Source: Candidatus Omnitrophota bacterium (GTDB taxonomy: Bacteria > Omnitrophota > Omnitrophia > Omnitrophales > JACROU01). Taken from it: 64,000 nucleotides of DNA. The notes under the pieces were generated by a model. The model did not search any database. It was not told the origin of the DNA and saw nothing but the letters and a program-made list of their open reading frames with translations. Shown here piece after piece: positions 22,301 through 31,462 of this stretch (within the stretch, counting starts at the first letter, position 1; each line of letters opens with the position of its first letter). Made by a program: the position numbers and the translations under genes. The stretch lies in contig JAJDCD010000008.1 in the NCBI GenBank assembly GCA_029261035.1, forward strand, positions 98,313 through 162,312. Reading direction: 5' to 3'.

Positions 22301-25300
22301 ATCGATTTCCGCATCCCTTGCAAGTCGTAACAAACTACGGATTTGCACCTTAAGCCTTCTTGTAGTCTGATTTCTAGAACCGATCTCTCCATCAATTCTT
22401 CTTTGTTCCGCTACAACTTGAGTTTGTGTTCGAGGACTTGCCGGAGCCCCAGTAATATCTGCCGTTCTCACCAATTGATACAAACGCTCTAATAAAGATA
22501 AATCGGGTGTCTCTCCTCTGTTTCCAGCTTGGTAAACAATATCTACTTGAGAAATAAGTTGTTCCAATGCATTTTTAACAATACCGTGATCGTGTAAATT
22601 TCCTGATAAAGCTCTTAGTGGAGTTAATAGAGATTGGAAATGAGTTAACACATCAGTCAACCCAAATGTTTTAGCTTCTGTAATTTTTCCAAGAAGCGTT
22701 CTGAATGATTGACTCGAATTAACAAGTCGTCTATCTTCAGTCTCTTGAGTTGTAGAAACAACAACTTGCTGGCGAGAGCGATCACTTCGTAGACCTTCAA
22801 TTTCTCGAGCTAATTCCCTTATCTCTCCCAGTTTTTCTTGAGCACTACGAATGTCTTCTCTTAACTGTCTTATATTTGCATTAATTTGACCTTCTGACCT
22901 AAACTGTCCATCTATGAGATCTCCAACTTTACGACCAATCACAGCTCCACTGCGAATTCTTTCTCCCACAGTTCTTGCCTGTTCAGTAAACACAATAGGG
23001 CCAGAAAACTCAGCCGCTTCCTGAATGGATGAATTTGAAGATAAAGCACCTTTAAAATAATCAAACTCCCCTTCAGGTTTAAGTTGCACTCTAGAATCTC
23101 CCTGGACCGAAACAATTTTTCCAGAAAAAGATTCTTCGGTCACTGCAGTACTAGGAATTCTCGATATGCTTACAAGAGTCGTTCCAGGTTTAGATCCAAC
23201 GCCATCGATTCGAATAGAAACACCCTGAACCACTGTTCCATCTTGCTTTTGAACGACTGCCAATTTATTAACCAACAATAAAGCTAAGGCTGCAGGAATC
23301 TCAAGAGAAATTTGTTTTTGAGATAAAAATCGATTCTGCCCAATAACTTGTTGAGATTGAACCATTGCATCTACAGAAGCTGTAAAACGCGTCTCACCTC
23401 CACGCTCAAAGGAAACGGTTCCTAAAGAGACTAAAGTAGATAAACGAGCCCCTATGACTGCTAACCGAGTTTCAATTTCAACCTCCCTCTCAGACTTAAC
23501 ACTAACCGTTATATCTGGATTCGCTTCACCCATCGCTTCACTAACCCGAGTCCACCGAACTCTTTCAGGACCCAATTCTCCTTCTAAACGCAACTTTTCA
23601 CTCTCTAAACGAATCTGTTCTGGACTTTTAATAACATAAACTCCACCCACTCTGGAGAGAACACCAGAAATCGGTGCTAATATAGGTTGAGAGTAAGTTG
23701 TTACTGCTCTACTAAATTCATATGGAAAACTAAAATCGCTAGCGGATAAGTCTGCTGGAGGTGCCCCGGCACCTGCAGGAACAACTCTAGCCACAACTCC
23801 TTCTCGAGCTCTTTCTTCAACATGAGGTAGTAAAATTCTCTGCAACAAAGAATAATTCAAAGGCACGGGTCGAGGCAACTCAACATTCCCTTCAACACGA
23901 AGAGATCGGGCTGGAATAGTAAATTTCAAAGTCTCTTTATTAGGTTTCAAAGAAACAAAGCCAAAAACAGCTGCAAGAATCACGAGTATTCCCGACACAA
24001 CCCCTTTAACTAAAACTGTACCAGGTAAATACTGTTCTATTTTCCATTTTAAATCTGCCGTCCAATCAGAAACTTCAGAATCCAAAGCACTAACTTTGTG
24101 CCCTCCATTATATGAAGTAACATTAAATAGCTCTTTATACTCTTCTTTCCCATCAATAAATTCTTGAAACTTAGAAGGCCCTACCCTTAAAACCATACCT
24201 GATTCAATAGCTTTATTAATGGTAACTGTCCTAACACTGCTAATTTCTTCCAGAACTGGTTGAACAACATTACCTTCTTGAAACTGTGTTAGTCGATGAA
24301 AATTAAGCTCCCCTGCTTGAGATACTTTAACAACAAGCTCTTCACTTATTTGAATAAAAGCTGCTCGAACTGTAGCTTGTTTCTGAAATTCTTTAAGTTT
24401 TAAAACACCATTAAAAGGTGATTGAGGAGAATACTGTACTCCAGCATTCGTTTGAAACCAATAGCGCACAGGAGATCTACCATACACCGTTAAACTGTCA
24501 TCTTCCTCCCACACAACTCTTAAATGCAAAGACGATGGGAGAATATCTGTTGAAATATCTCTTTCTTTTAGATCAATTACATTTTTATCTTCAGGTCTTT
24601 TACCTTGATAGAAAATAGTTTCTCCAGAAAAATAAGATTGAGAGCCTTCAAGATCTATAGACTCACCAGAACTTGACTGAACCTCTAAAAGGCTTCCCTT
24701 AGGTACATTAATAGAGTCTCCATCGTTAAATGACTGACTATCAATTTTAATAGAGCGACTCATAGGAAATCGAGCCAACACTCCGAGCAACACCCCTAAA
24801 ACACCCAACAAGCCTGCCAGTATCATCCAGATTGGGTTTTGAGGCACAGCCACTTCTTTTGTCACCGTATACTCGGGATCATTCCCAGACAGAGATACAC
24901 TTTGACTTACAGGTGCAGTCGTTTCCTCGCCCAACAAATTACCTTGATTATGTCTAGCAAAATAAATCGCAATTGCTGTCCTTAGAGTAGCATTTTCTCT
25001 ATACCTACTATGCAACCCTCTTAACTGCTCAACCTTAAACGTGCTGTCTACTTCTGCATTAAGCAACTGCCTTAAGTAGTCCGCCTTAACTCTTGAATTT
25101 GTAGCTGAGTTTAATAAACCTAATATTCGAGAAAATTCTTCTTGTGTTTTAATTTCTGTAATCGTTTCAACTCCTTGAGCTTGAACTTCAGAAACTCCTA
25201 CCGTTAAAATAACTCCAAGCCCTAAAAATCCAGTTAATAAAAATGGAAAAGCTTTAGAGAAGCTCTTCACACCTCTAGCATCTCCCAAACTAGCAGCTTG

Positions 25301-27076
25301 ATTAACAACAGAAGAAATACGGCTACTAAAAGGATCTAAACTAAATTCAATTACCTTACCTCCATCTAAAGGTAAGAGTTGAAGTTCAGCCCTTCCTAAA
25401 TCATCCCTCTTAGGACTTACCTTAAATTTATTGCCTGCAAAATTAAATCTCTTTTCTTCTTTAGAAAAAGACATTGCTAGTAACTCAACTGCTTTAGCCG
25501 CATTTGGTCTTCCCGAAAACACTTGAGGATTCAATGATTGGTACGCCGTCAAAATCTCATCTAATCCCTCTACCCACTCTAAACTTCCCATTGCCCTCAT
25601 ATATTTATCATGAATATTTTCGTCAATATGTTCAAATTTGGGACTGAGTAACTGATACGAAATTTTCTCTTCTTTAAACATTTGAGCTAGCTCTTCTCCA
25701 TGAAATCCTCCAACAACAAGAACATAATTACCTTCGCCTTTTTTGTTTATCATGGATGAAACAGTTTCAAAAATAGCCTTATCTCTTTTTTTTGCAATTC
25801 CATAAAATGCTTCAGGGACATTCCTAGAATCATAGACAAAGAAACCCTTACGATCTTCCGTTCTTAAAGACAGCCTATTGTCTGCTTTGGAAAACATATA
25901 TATTAGCTCTTGATTAAAATCAATTCTAGAATCTAAGGATTGGTATTTCTCAAATTCTGTTGGTGTGATCTCAAGAAACCAAATCTTTTTTAATAATTTC
26001 ACATAATCATTCAATCTTGACAACCTCTTTATAACAGACTCCGTCATATAAGGTTTTTTCAACAATTCATATAGTTGAATCATATTACGGTTGATCGTAT
26101 CTGAAGAGATGGAAAGAAAAGCCAAATCCAGCATCAAGGCATAAAATAAAGCTGGGTATTTTTCTTCACTTACCTTTGATAAAAACATTGTTACTTGCTC
26201 TACATCCGATAATTTCTTTTCTTTATAATCTTTTTTAATCCAGTCTTTCAGTTCAATCTTTATCTTAGAAGAAAGCATTAAGTCTTGACTGAGCACAGTG
26301 ATGTCATTTTGAAATGCTTGGTATGAATAACGAGATGCCGATTCCGTCAAAGATAAAAATTGTTTAAATTCTGGGCTCAGGCTGGATAAATCCAGTTTTT
26401 CTATCTCTTTAGTATATTGCTTTAAAAATGAAATCAAATCGCCTCTGCCCTGTGATTGATTCCAATTTTTTTCTAACAAAATTAATTGACTTGGATACAA
26501 AGCCATTTTTAAAGAAGTAAGAATTTGGTTAACTTCACCAAAACTTTCTTTAGCTTTTACTTGTTTATAAACAAGTTCATTAAATGCTTGTCGATGGATA
26601 GTATAAAATTCTGCTTGTTCAGCTCCTTGAAAAGAAACAGATGGGTGTTTAATAGAAAATAATTCAGATCCACCCAAAAGACCTTGTTGCATTAGAGAAA
26701 AACTCACTTGATCTCGAACAGGCTCCTCTAAAGCATGCCAAAACGAAGTGTCAACATCTCCAGAAGCACCCTCTTGGTATATACCGTCAATCTCTCCTTT
26801 TTTAAACTTCGCTTCTAGATATTGATAAATGCTTTCTTGTGTAGAAAAATTACAATGGAAATCTTGAACAATATCCACATGAATAGGACTCTTCTTTTCG
26901 AATGAGTCCACAACATTCACGTAATTTTCCTGTAATGAGATCTCTTTTAAAGGCTGCATTAAAGGAAGTGCTTGCGGAATCATTGCTCCTTGAGAAAATG
27001 CTATATCTGTAACGGCAAACGTTAATACGAGTATCGAACTAATTATTTTTATTCCAAAAAAACGAGTTAAGCTCAT
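19319..27076 (-). CDS. Giant 2585-aa secreted/membrane-associated multidomain protein of unknown function
   Basis: Uninterrupted 7.76 kb ORF in an AT-rich genome. AGGTGA RBS. N-terminal signal peptide. Possible TraB/GumN-like motif VLVVGGFHGEEL (~a.a. 452-463). Hydrophobic segments at ~a.a. 610-627 and 749-769. C-terminal TolC/OEP-like heptad region (ARANYYLAYIQYRSAVSAF). Confidence 0.7.
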   Translation of the reverse strand: MSLTRFFGIKIISSILVLTFAVTDIAFSQGAMIPQALPLMQPLKEISLQENYVNVVDSFEKKSPIHVDIVQDFHCNFSTQESIYQYLEAKFKKGEIDGIYQEGASGDVDTSFWHALEEPVRDQVSFSLMQQGLLGGSELFSIKHPSVSFQGAEQAEFYTIHRQAFNELVYKQVKAKESFGEVNQILTSLKMALYPSQLILLEKNWNQSQGRGDLISFLKQYTKEIEKLDLSSLSPEFKQFLSLTESASRYSYQAFQNDITVLSQDLMLSSKIKIELKDWIKKDYKEKKLSDVEQVTMFLSKVSEEKYPALFYALMLDLAFLSISSDTINRNMIQLYELLKKPYMTESVIKRLSRLNDYVKLLKKIWFLEITPTEFEKYQSLDSRIDFNQELIYMFSKADNRLSLRTEDRKGFFVYDSRNVPEAFYGIAKKRDKAIFETVSSMINKKGEGNYVLVVGGFHGEELAQMFKEEKISYQLLSPKFEHIDENIHDKYMRAMGSLEWVEGLDEILTAYQSLNPQVFSGRPNAAKAVELLAMSFSKEEKRFNFAGNKFKVSPKRDDLGRAELQLLPLDGGKVIEFSLDPFSSRISSVVNQAASLGDARGVKSFSKAFPFLLTGFLGLGVILTVGVSEVQAQGVETITEIKTQEEFSRILGLLNSATNSRVKADYLRQLLNAEVDSTFKVEQLRGLHSRYRENATLRTAIAIYFARHNQGNLLGEETTAPVSQSVSLSGNDPEYTVTKEVAVPQNPIWMILAGLLGVLGVLLGVLARFPMSRSIKIDSQSFNDGDSINVPKGSLLEVQSSSGESIDLEGSQSYFSGETIFYQGKRPEDKNVIDLKERDISTDILPSSLHLRVVWEEDDSLTVYGRSPVRYWFQTNAGVQYSPQSPFNGVLKLKEFQKQATVRAAFIQISEELVVKVSQAGELNFHRLTQFQEGNVVQPVLEEISSVRTVTINKAIESGMVLRVGPSKFQEFIDGKEEYKELFNVTSYNGGHKVSALDSEVSDWTADLKWKIEQYLPGTVLVKGVVSGILVILAAVFGFVSLKPNKETLKFTIPARSLRVEGNVELPRPVPLNYSLLQRILLPHVEERAREGVVARVVPAGAGAPPADLSASDFSFPYEFSRAVTTYSQPILAPISGVLSRVGGVYVIKSPEQIRLESEKLRLEGELGPERVRWTRVSEAMGEANPDITVSVKSEREVEIETRLAVIGARLSTLVSLGTVSFERGGETRFTASVDAMVQSQQVIGQNRFLSQKQISLEIPAALALLLVNKLAVVQKQDGTVVQGVSIRIDGVGSKPGTTLVSISRIPSTAVTEESFSGKIVSVQGDSRVQLKPEGEFDYFKGALSSNSSIQEAAEFSGPIVFTEQARTVGERIRSGAVIGRKVGDLIDGQFRSEGQINANIRQLREDIRSAQEKLGEIRELAREIEGLRSDRSRQQVVVSTTQETEDRRLVNSSQSFRTLLGKITEAKTFGLTDVLTHFQSLLTPLRALSGNLHDHGIVKNALEQLISQVDIVYQAGNRGETPDLSLLERLYQLVRTADITGAPASPRTQTQVVAEQRRIDGEIGSRNQTTRRLKVQIRSLLRLARDAEIDSDTVEGGIRAVEQMIATRRSVIAGLNVRSSQGGVISVGAPSGQVSVTQDQVVYQLSGGSSFSVSLASEQASNLSVGDSLYVRIGDVYVRGEISHKLSDGNVRGQSRVLVVLSLPGIQSLSTGGDVEAVVLVSKASSLGKRRFGFGLLSLSLLTVVCLTSCKVRDIVENERGRSQISDRYGTASSIQNVTLTMGDDGKIRVVGVPMQISGAAVTEHDLPLLLLRRNYNVINADVARQDSETSSKSINDFNISTFFGGTVSRDGETYEVAGGFIIQLPAYLGGGTINLTIGESPVASGIDTLMSFTMSLKSLFTGVGADWSDLAFIVQRAGANTYQQQLVSSVDRVNSEVLKLWYMRQQQTLVRGQLGTLRSELAYLDRVLPSALDRDKASMRTRRSAILSQIATLELLVGREGASENGTLGARIRLSEVAIRRALNVSADPSMRINFTLDTANVNTVSIQGLPADGNERRLKLNQLFRQLALLDMRVSSKVDDFEATGIRLVLEEAGNTLPDIRMEGHRGDPELFQSRLDDFRTTSDTDPDEFGGAVLVPNLFNFLDDGSSARSKLQGKNRVIENMVGKVVEEIQTAWINLGQKQEALLIRKAELDRKEAELASLRSGSASSTNVLLQDFQKQREISLARANYYLAYIQYRSAVSAFMSFAPDRALLQSISDFNLDNEEMTEEQEAFLNRYGRENIRRLKPVATILLKTVAQGGFNIQTSRVTVQSLVTARARARSLGSVLAEEVLPTFELPLEIDESFVSDVVRNNTALIQGLFQTLKPEIRDEAFKSFKLELESRVEVLSAFVPLTDSDPQVRLLLTEEDLSENVEFLNKITEETFLGIFVKSESYEAAVEKIASYFPEGLPETVAIYPYATSNSLYQEVNTLISREASLGEQVVSVIVSPDKGLFRKLTKSTENEFLHVSVESDVPAELSMELSRRIGAVRGETASLIHDDMSLMIQYDARRGLFTLLSLTELIEGLFNDIKAQYQIQIAA

Positions 27077-27352
27077 TTTATTTCACCTCTCTATGATGTA
27101 ATTATTCTTAAATGCTGCATGTCGACTTAATTAAAAGAATCCAACAATAAAGCTTATAAAAAATATGGGACATTTAAGTAATAAAATAACAATTATGTAA
27201 GCTAATCCTTTGCCTGATATCTAATTCAGCTTATTAATTGCTAATAATAAACAATATGCATACCAAGTTTTAATCTTTTTTAAAATATTTAAAAACAATT
27301 GTCTTAAATGCTTGTTTAGGAAGGATTTAGGTGTGAATTATAAATTTAAAGA

Positions 27353-28111
27353 CTATTTGGATTGTTGCCAGAATTCTTCTAATTGCTCTAGACTGTAATC
27401 GGTCCAGGGTTTTTTGGATTTATGAACAGATTCTTCTACGGCACTGAAACGCTTTCTGAATTTTGTAATAGCATCATTTAAGGCCAACTCAGGATCTACC
27501 CCTATCTTTCTAGCTAGGTTAACTGCTGAAAACAAGAAATCTCCCATTTCTTCTTTAATCGCATTTACGTTTTTAGCAACCAATTCTAGTTTAAGCTCTT
27601 CTAATTCTTCTTCAACTTTTTCAATAACTTTCTCTGAGGAGTCCCAGTCAAAACCAACCTTCGAAACTCTCTTTTGAACTTTATACGCCAACATCAATGC
27701 CGGATAGTGAGTCTTAAGATCAGAAAGAATTTTCTTATCCGACCCATCATTTTTTCTTTCTTCCATCTTAGCGCTATTCCAATGATTGAGAGCTTCCTCA
27801 GGAGTTTCTGCTTTTTTATCTCCAAAGACATGTGGATGTCTTGAAATCATCTTTCCCATAGCTCTTGTTAATACTGATCCCTTCGAGAATTGCTTATTCT
27901 CTTCAGCAATATTCATCATCATGGATATCACAATGAGCAAATCCCCTAACTCTTCCTCAATTTTTTGATTCTGATTCTCATTAATTGCCTCTAAGACTTC
28001 ATAAGCTTCTTCCAACAGACATCGTCTCAAAGTCTCCAGCGTTTGCTTCCGGTCCCAAGGACATCCATCTTTACCACGAAGCTTTTTCATAATCTTCATT
28101 AAATCATCCAC
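27353..28111 (-). CDS. mazG: Nucleoside triphosphate pyrophosphohydrolase MazG
   Basis: Two tandem MazG domains. The GCPWDRKQT and EExGDxL motifs are repeated. Confidence 0.85.
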   Translation of the reverse strand: MDDLMKIMKKLRGKDGCPWDRKQTLETLRRCLLEEAYEVLEAINENQNQKIEEELGDLLIVISMMMNIAEENKQFSKGSVLTRAMGKMISRHPHVFGDKKAETPEEALNHWNSAKMEERKNDGSDKKILSDLKTHYPALMLAYKVQKRVSKVGFDWDSSEKVIEKVEEELEELKLELVAKNVNAIKEEMGDFLFSAVNLARKIGVDPELALNDAITKFRKRFSAVEESVHKSKKPWTDYSLEQLEEFWQQSK

Positions 28112-28143
28112 AAAACATCCTTTCTCTTCAACAACACATCCTT

Positions 28144-30201
28144 TTAATCGTATTGATCTTGTTTTTTAATTTCATCTAAATCAATATCAAGGTCAAAGTA
28201 ATCCGTATCATCCTTTTGAACTTTATTACGAGGTTTAAATTCATCATCTCCATAACTAAATATACGAGGGATATACTCATACAACTCCGAAGGAATTTCA
28301 CTTAAGAATCGAGAAGGGAGATTTTGAGCAGTAAACCCATACATGCGTCGAGAAGAAGCGTAACTTAAATGCAAATGCTCCATAGCTCTCGTTAACCCTA
28401 CATAACATAATCTACGCTCTTCTTCTATTCCATTCCTATTGTCTCCATAAGAATTTACGTGTGGAAAAACTTCTTCCTCTAACCCAACCATAAAAACAAT
28501 GGGAAACTCAAGCCCCTTAGCTGTATGTAAAGTCATCATAGTTAAACAATCATCAGACTCACTCCATTGATCTAAATTCGTTTCTAAGCTAATACTTTCA
28601 AGAAAATCTTCCAGCCCAAAAGTCTCAGACTTTGAATCATGATTTTCTTCGTACTCCTGAACTACGGTAATAAATTCCTGAATATTTTCAATGCGTGATT
28701 TAGATTCTATCGTTCCCTCTTTTTGCAATTGCAATAAATAGCCAGATTGATCCAAAACTCTACGGATCAACTCCTCTATACTAAGACCCTTACGGTCAGC
28801 CTTAAAACGCTCCATCATTTGAGAAAACAACGCGATAGACTTCTTAGCCTTAGGTGTTAACGTAGGAATGCTATGAGCCCTTAAGAGAGCTTCGTAAAAA
28901 GAAAGGCCTAGTTGATTCTTTGTCTCGTTAACAATATCTAATGTTTTCTTACCAATACCTCTTGTCGGGTTATTTATAATCCGCTTCAAACTAACTTCAT
29001 CTTCCGAGTTGACTAGCACTTTTAAGTAGGCTATTAAATCTTTAATTTCTTTACGGTCATAAAAGCGAACTCCTCCAACAATAACATAAGGAATATTTTG
29101 ACGCCTTAAAGAATCCTCAATCACTCGAGATTGAGCATGAACACGATAAAAGACGACCATATCTTTCAGAGAATACCCTTTGGATTTATAATGTTTTATT
29201 TGATTTACGATAAATAAAGATTCTTCCCTTTCGTCTGCTGCTTCATAAATATTTATTAAGTTTCCATCTTCACGATCCGACCATAAAGCTTTTGGCTTTC
29301 TGTTCGCGTTACGAGCTATCACATTATTAGCGGCTTTCAAAATATTATTCGTTGAACGGTAATTCTGTTCTAACTTAATAGCATGTGAATCTAAGTAATC
29401 TTTTTCAAATTCCAAAATATTACGAATATCAGCACCTCTCCAAGCATAAATAGATTGGTCCGGATCTCCCACAACCGTAATATAGCCTTCGGGCCCCGTT
29501 AAAATTTTCACTAATTCATACTGTGCTTTGTTCGTATCTTGATATTCGTCTATCAAAACATGCGTGAATCTATTTTGATAATGCTTCCTGGCTTGCTCAT
29601 TACTTTCTAAAAACTTAACGCATTTCATTATCAAATCTCCAAAATCAAAGGCCTTGAACTGCTCCATTTTCTCTTGGTATTTTTTATATATCTTAGCGGT
29701 AATCGTTTCGTAATAATCAGAAGATTCTAATTCAATATCCATAGGGAGTTTCAACTGATCTTTAGCCCTGTTTATGGCTTCTCTTACGGACTTCGGATTC
29801 GTCTGCTTATCATTAATTCTTAACTCCTTCATACATTCCTTAATCAAGACAATCTGATCTTGATCATCATAAATATTAAATTCTGAAGGAATACCCTCTT
29901 GCCCTGCTTCCATTTTTAAGATTTTAAGACAAGTACTATGAAATGTTTGAATCCACACTTCTTTACCAACAAGCTTACGAACACGATTTCTCATTTCATT
30001 TGCAGCTTTATTCGTAAACGTAACGCCCATTATTTGAAATGGAGCCACACCTTGATGGATTAGATAGGCAATACGATGGGTTAGGATACGCGTTTTGCCA
30101 CTTCCCGCGCCTGCATGAACTAAAAGGCTTTTCCCCTCATAGACGACAGCTTCTTTTTGGGATGGATTTAAATTCTCTAGAATTTGTTCTTTGGATGGCA
30201 T
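28144..30201 (-). CDS. ATP-dependent DNA helicase, UvrD/PcrA/Rep family
   Basis: 685 aa. Motif I GAGSGKT, motif II VLIDEYQDTN, motif IV, and VGLTRA near the C-terminus. Confidence 0.9.
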   Translation of the reverse strand: MPSKEQILENLNPSQKEAVVYEGKSLLVHAGAGSGKTRILTHRIAYLIHQGVAPFQIMGVTFTNKAANEMRNRVRKLVGKEVWIQTFHSTCLKILKMEAGQEGIPSEFNIYDDQDQIVLIKECMKELRINDKQTNPKSVREAINRAKDQLKLPMDIELESSDYYETITAKIYKKYQEKMEQFKAFDFGDLIMKCVKFLESNEQARKHYQNRFTHVLIDEYQDTNKAQYELVKILTGPEGYITVVGDPDQSIYAWRGADIRNILEFEKDYLDSHAIKLEQNYRSTNNILKAANNVIARNANRKPKALWSDREDGNLINIYEAADEREESLFIVNQIKHYKSKGYSLKDMVVFYRVHAQSRVIEDSLRRQNIPYVIVGGVRFYDRKEIKDLIAYLKVLVNSEDEVSLKRIINNPTRGIGKKTLDIVNETKNQLGLSFYEALLRAHSIPTLTPKAKKSIALFSQMMERFKADRKGLSIEELIRRVLDQSGYLLQLQKEGTIESKSRIENIQEFITVVQEYEENHDSKSETFGLEDFLESISLETNLDQWSESDDCLTMMTLHTAKGLEFPIVFMVGLEEEVFPHVNSYGDNRNGIEEERRLCYVGLTRAMEHLHLSYASSRRMYGFTAQNLPSRFLSEIPSELYEYIPRIFSYGDDEFKPRNKVQKDDTDYFDLDIDLDEIKKQDQYD

Positions 30202-30282
30202 AGTTTACTCAAGAAGAGAAGGTTTTAATCCCCTCAACTTCTGCGTTGTCACAACCAGATGTTGGATAGAATTAAGAGTTGG

Positions 30283-30753
30283 TTAATACTGTTCTAACGA
30301 TTGCTGAAAACCTTGACGAAAAGCCGTTTCAAAAGCAAACACATTTCTGAAATCTTCTAAATTATCTTTGTCCGTTTTTCTTAAAATACCCATTTCCACT
30401 AGATTAAAAACCACATATCCAAAATCAAGAGTTTCATTAATGCCCCAATGCTCAAAAACCTTAGGGGCTAAAAAACCATAAACATCAATTCCATGACTTT
30501 TAATAGCATTTAAGAGCTCTGGACCAGAAACGTGACGCGGTGAATTTAATTCCTTAATCAATACCCTCAGACTTTCCAAAACAAATTGATAAGCCTCTAA
30601 ATGATACTGAGGATGCTCTTTCAGGTATTTGCGAATTTTAAGAATATCTTCTTCCATGAACATACACTCCAAATAATGTGCTTCTAAATTAACATCTAAA
30701 ATTCCAACTAAAAGCCTGGTATTTCTCTTTAGATAATTCCCTTGCCTCTTCAA
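30283..30753 (-). CDS. Conserved hypothetical protein. The start is probably the internal MFMEED/MEED.
   Basis: No recognisable motif. The 5' end overlaps the lipoate ligase gene. Confidence 0.35.
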   Translation of the reverse strand: MKRQGNYLKRNTRLLVGILDVNLEAHYLECMFMEEDILKIRKYLKEHPQYHLEAYQFVLESLRVLIKELNSPRHVSGPELLNAIKSHGIDVYGFLAPKVFEHWGINETLDFGYVVFNLVEMGILRKTDKDNLEDFRNVFAFETAFRQGFQQSLEQY

Positions 30754-31462
30754 GCTCTTTCAAAGACATATCGATCAAAACAAATTCGGTATTAAAAGTC
30801 TTTTTGAATCCGTCTAAAATAGCTTTTTTAGTTTTATCAAATAGATCAAAAAAATCTTCGTCACTCTTATGAAGTAACGTTAAGTCAATACTTCCTTGAT
30901 GCAACAAATAGTCCGCAGCTCTTTTCTGAGCAGCTCCACCCAATTTTTCTTTACCAATCATTAAATCATCAGGAACAGGCGATTCAAAACAAAGAGAACC
31001 ATTATTATGTTTTCCCTTTTTATTTAAATCTAATTTGAGCCCTAAACTCTTTAAACCTGTAACCAAAGTTTCGTGAATTAAACGGTAGGATTTAATCACA
31101 GAGGCAAACTCTGTATATTCTTTCGTGGGAATAATCAGGGAATATGTAAGGTCTTGGCCATGAAAAACAGCTCCACCACCCGTAATGCGCCGACAGAGTT
31201 CATAACCTTGTTTCTTATATCCTTCGAGGCCTACAAGCTCTTTTATCTTTTGACTATACCCAAGAGTCAATGCATTCCTATAGAAACCGTACACCCTAAG
31301 AACTGGGTATTTTTGAGCTTGTTGCACTGCCCTATTCAGTAAAACTTCATCAACAGCCATATTGTAGCTGCTTTCATTAAAACCACTATCTAAAAACCCC
31401 CAGCTATTTTTCTTACCCAGCATGAACAGGAACTCCAGTTGTAGAAATAGATGAAGAGCCAT
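30689..31462 (-). CDS. Lipoate-protein ligase / octanoyltransferase (BPL_LplA_LipB catalytic domain)
   Basis: RRITGGGAVFHG...LTYSLII and KLGGAAQKR lysine motif. Probable true start at the internal MLGKK (~31423). Immediately downstream of the gcv operon. Confidence 0.7.
   Translation of the reverse strand: MALHLFLQLEFLFMLGKKNSWGFLDSGFNESSYNMAVDEVLLNRAVQQAQKYPVLRVYGFYRNALTLGYSQKIKELVGLEGYKKQGYELCRRITGGGAVFHGQDLTYSLIIPTKEYTEFASVIKSYRLIHETLVTGLKSLGLKLDLNKKGKHNNGSLCFESPVPDDLMIGKEKLGGAAQKRAADYLLHQGSIDLTLLHKSDEDFFDLFDKTKKAILDGFKKTFNTEFVLIDMSLKELEEARELSKEKYQAFSWNFRC

Noticed and set aside
19319-27076. Possibility that the giant ORF is an assembly artefact fusing several genes
   Set aside because: No in-frame stop across 7.76 kb in a ~33% GC background, where random frames close within ~60 codons. 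Codon usage is uniform and there is a single RBS and terminator. A real single gene is far more likely, though resequencing would settle it.
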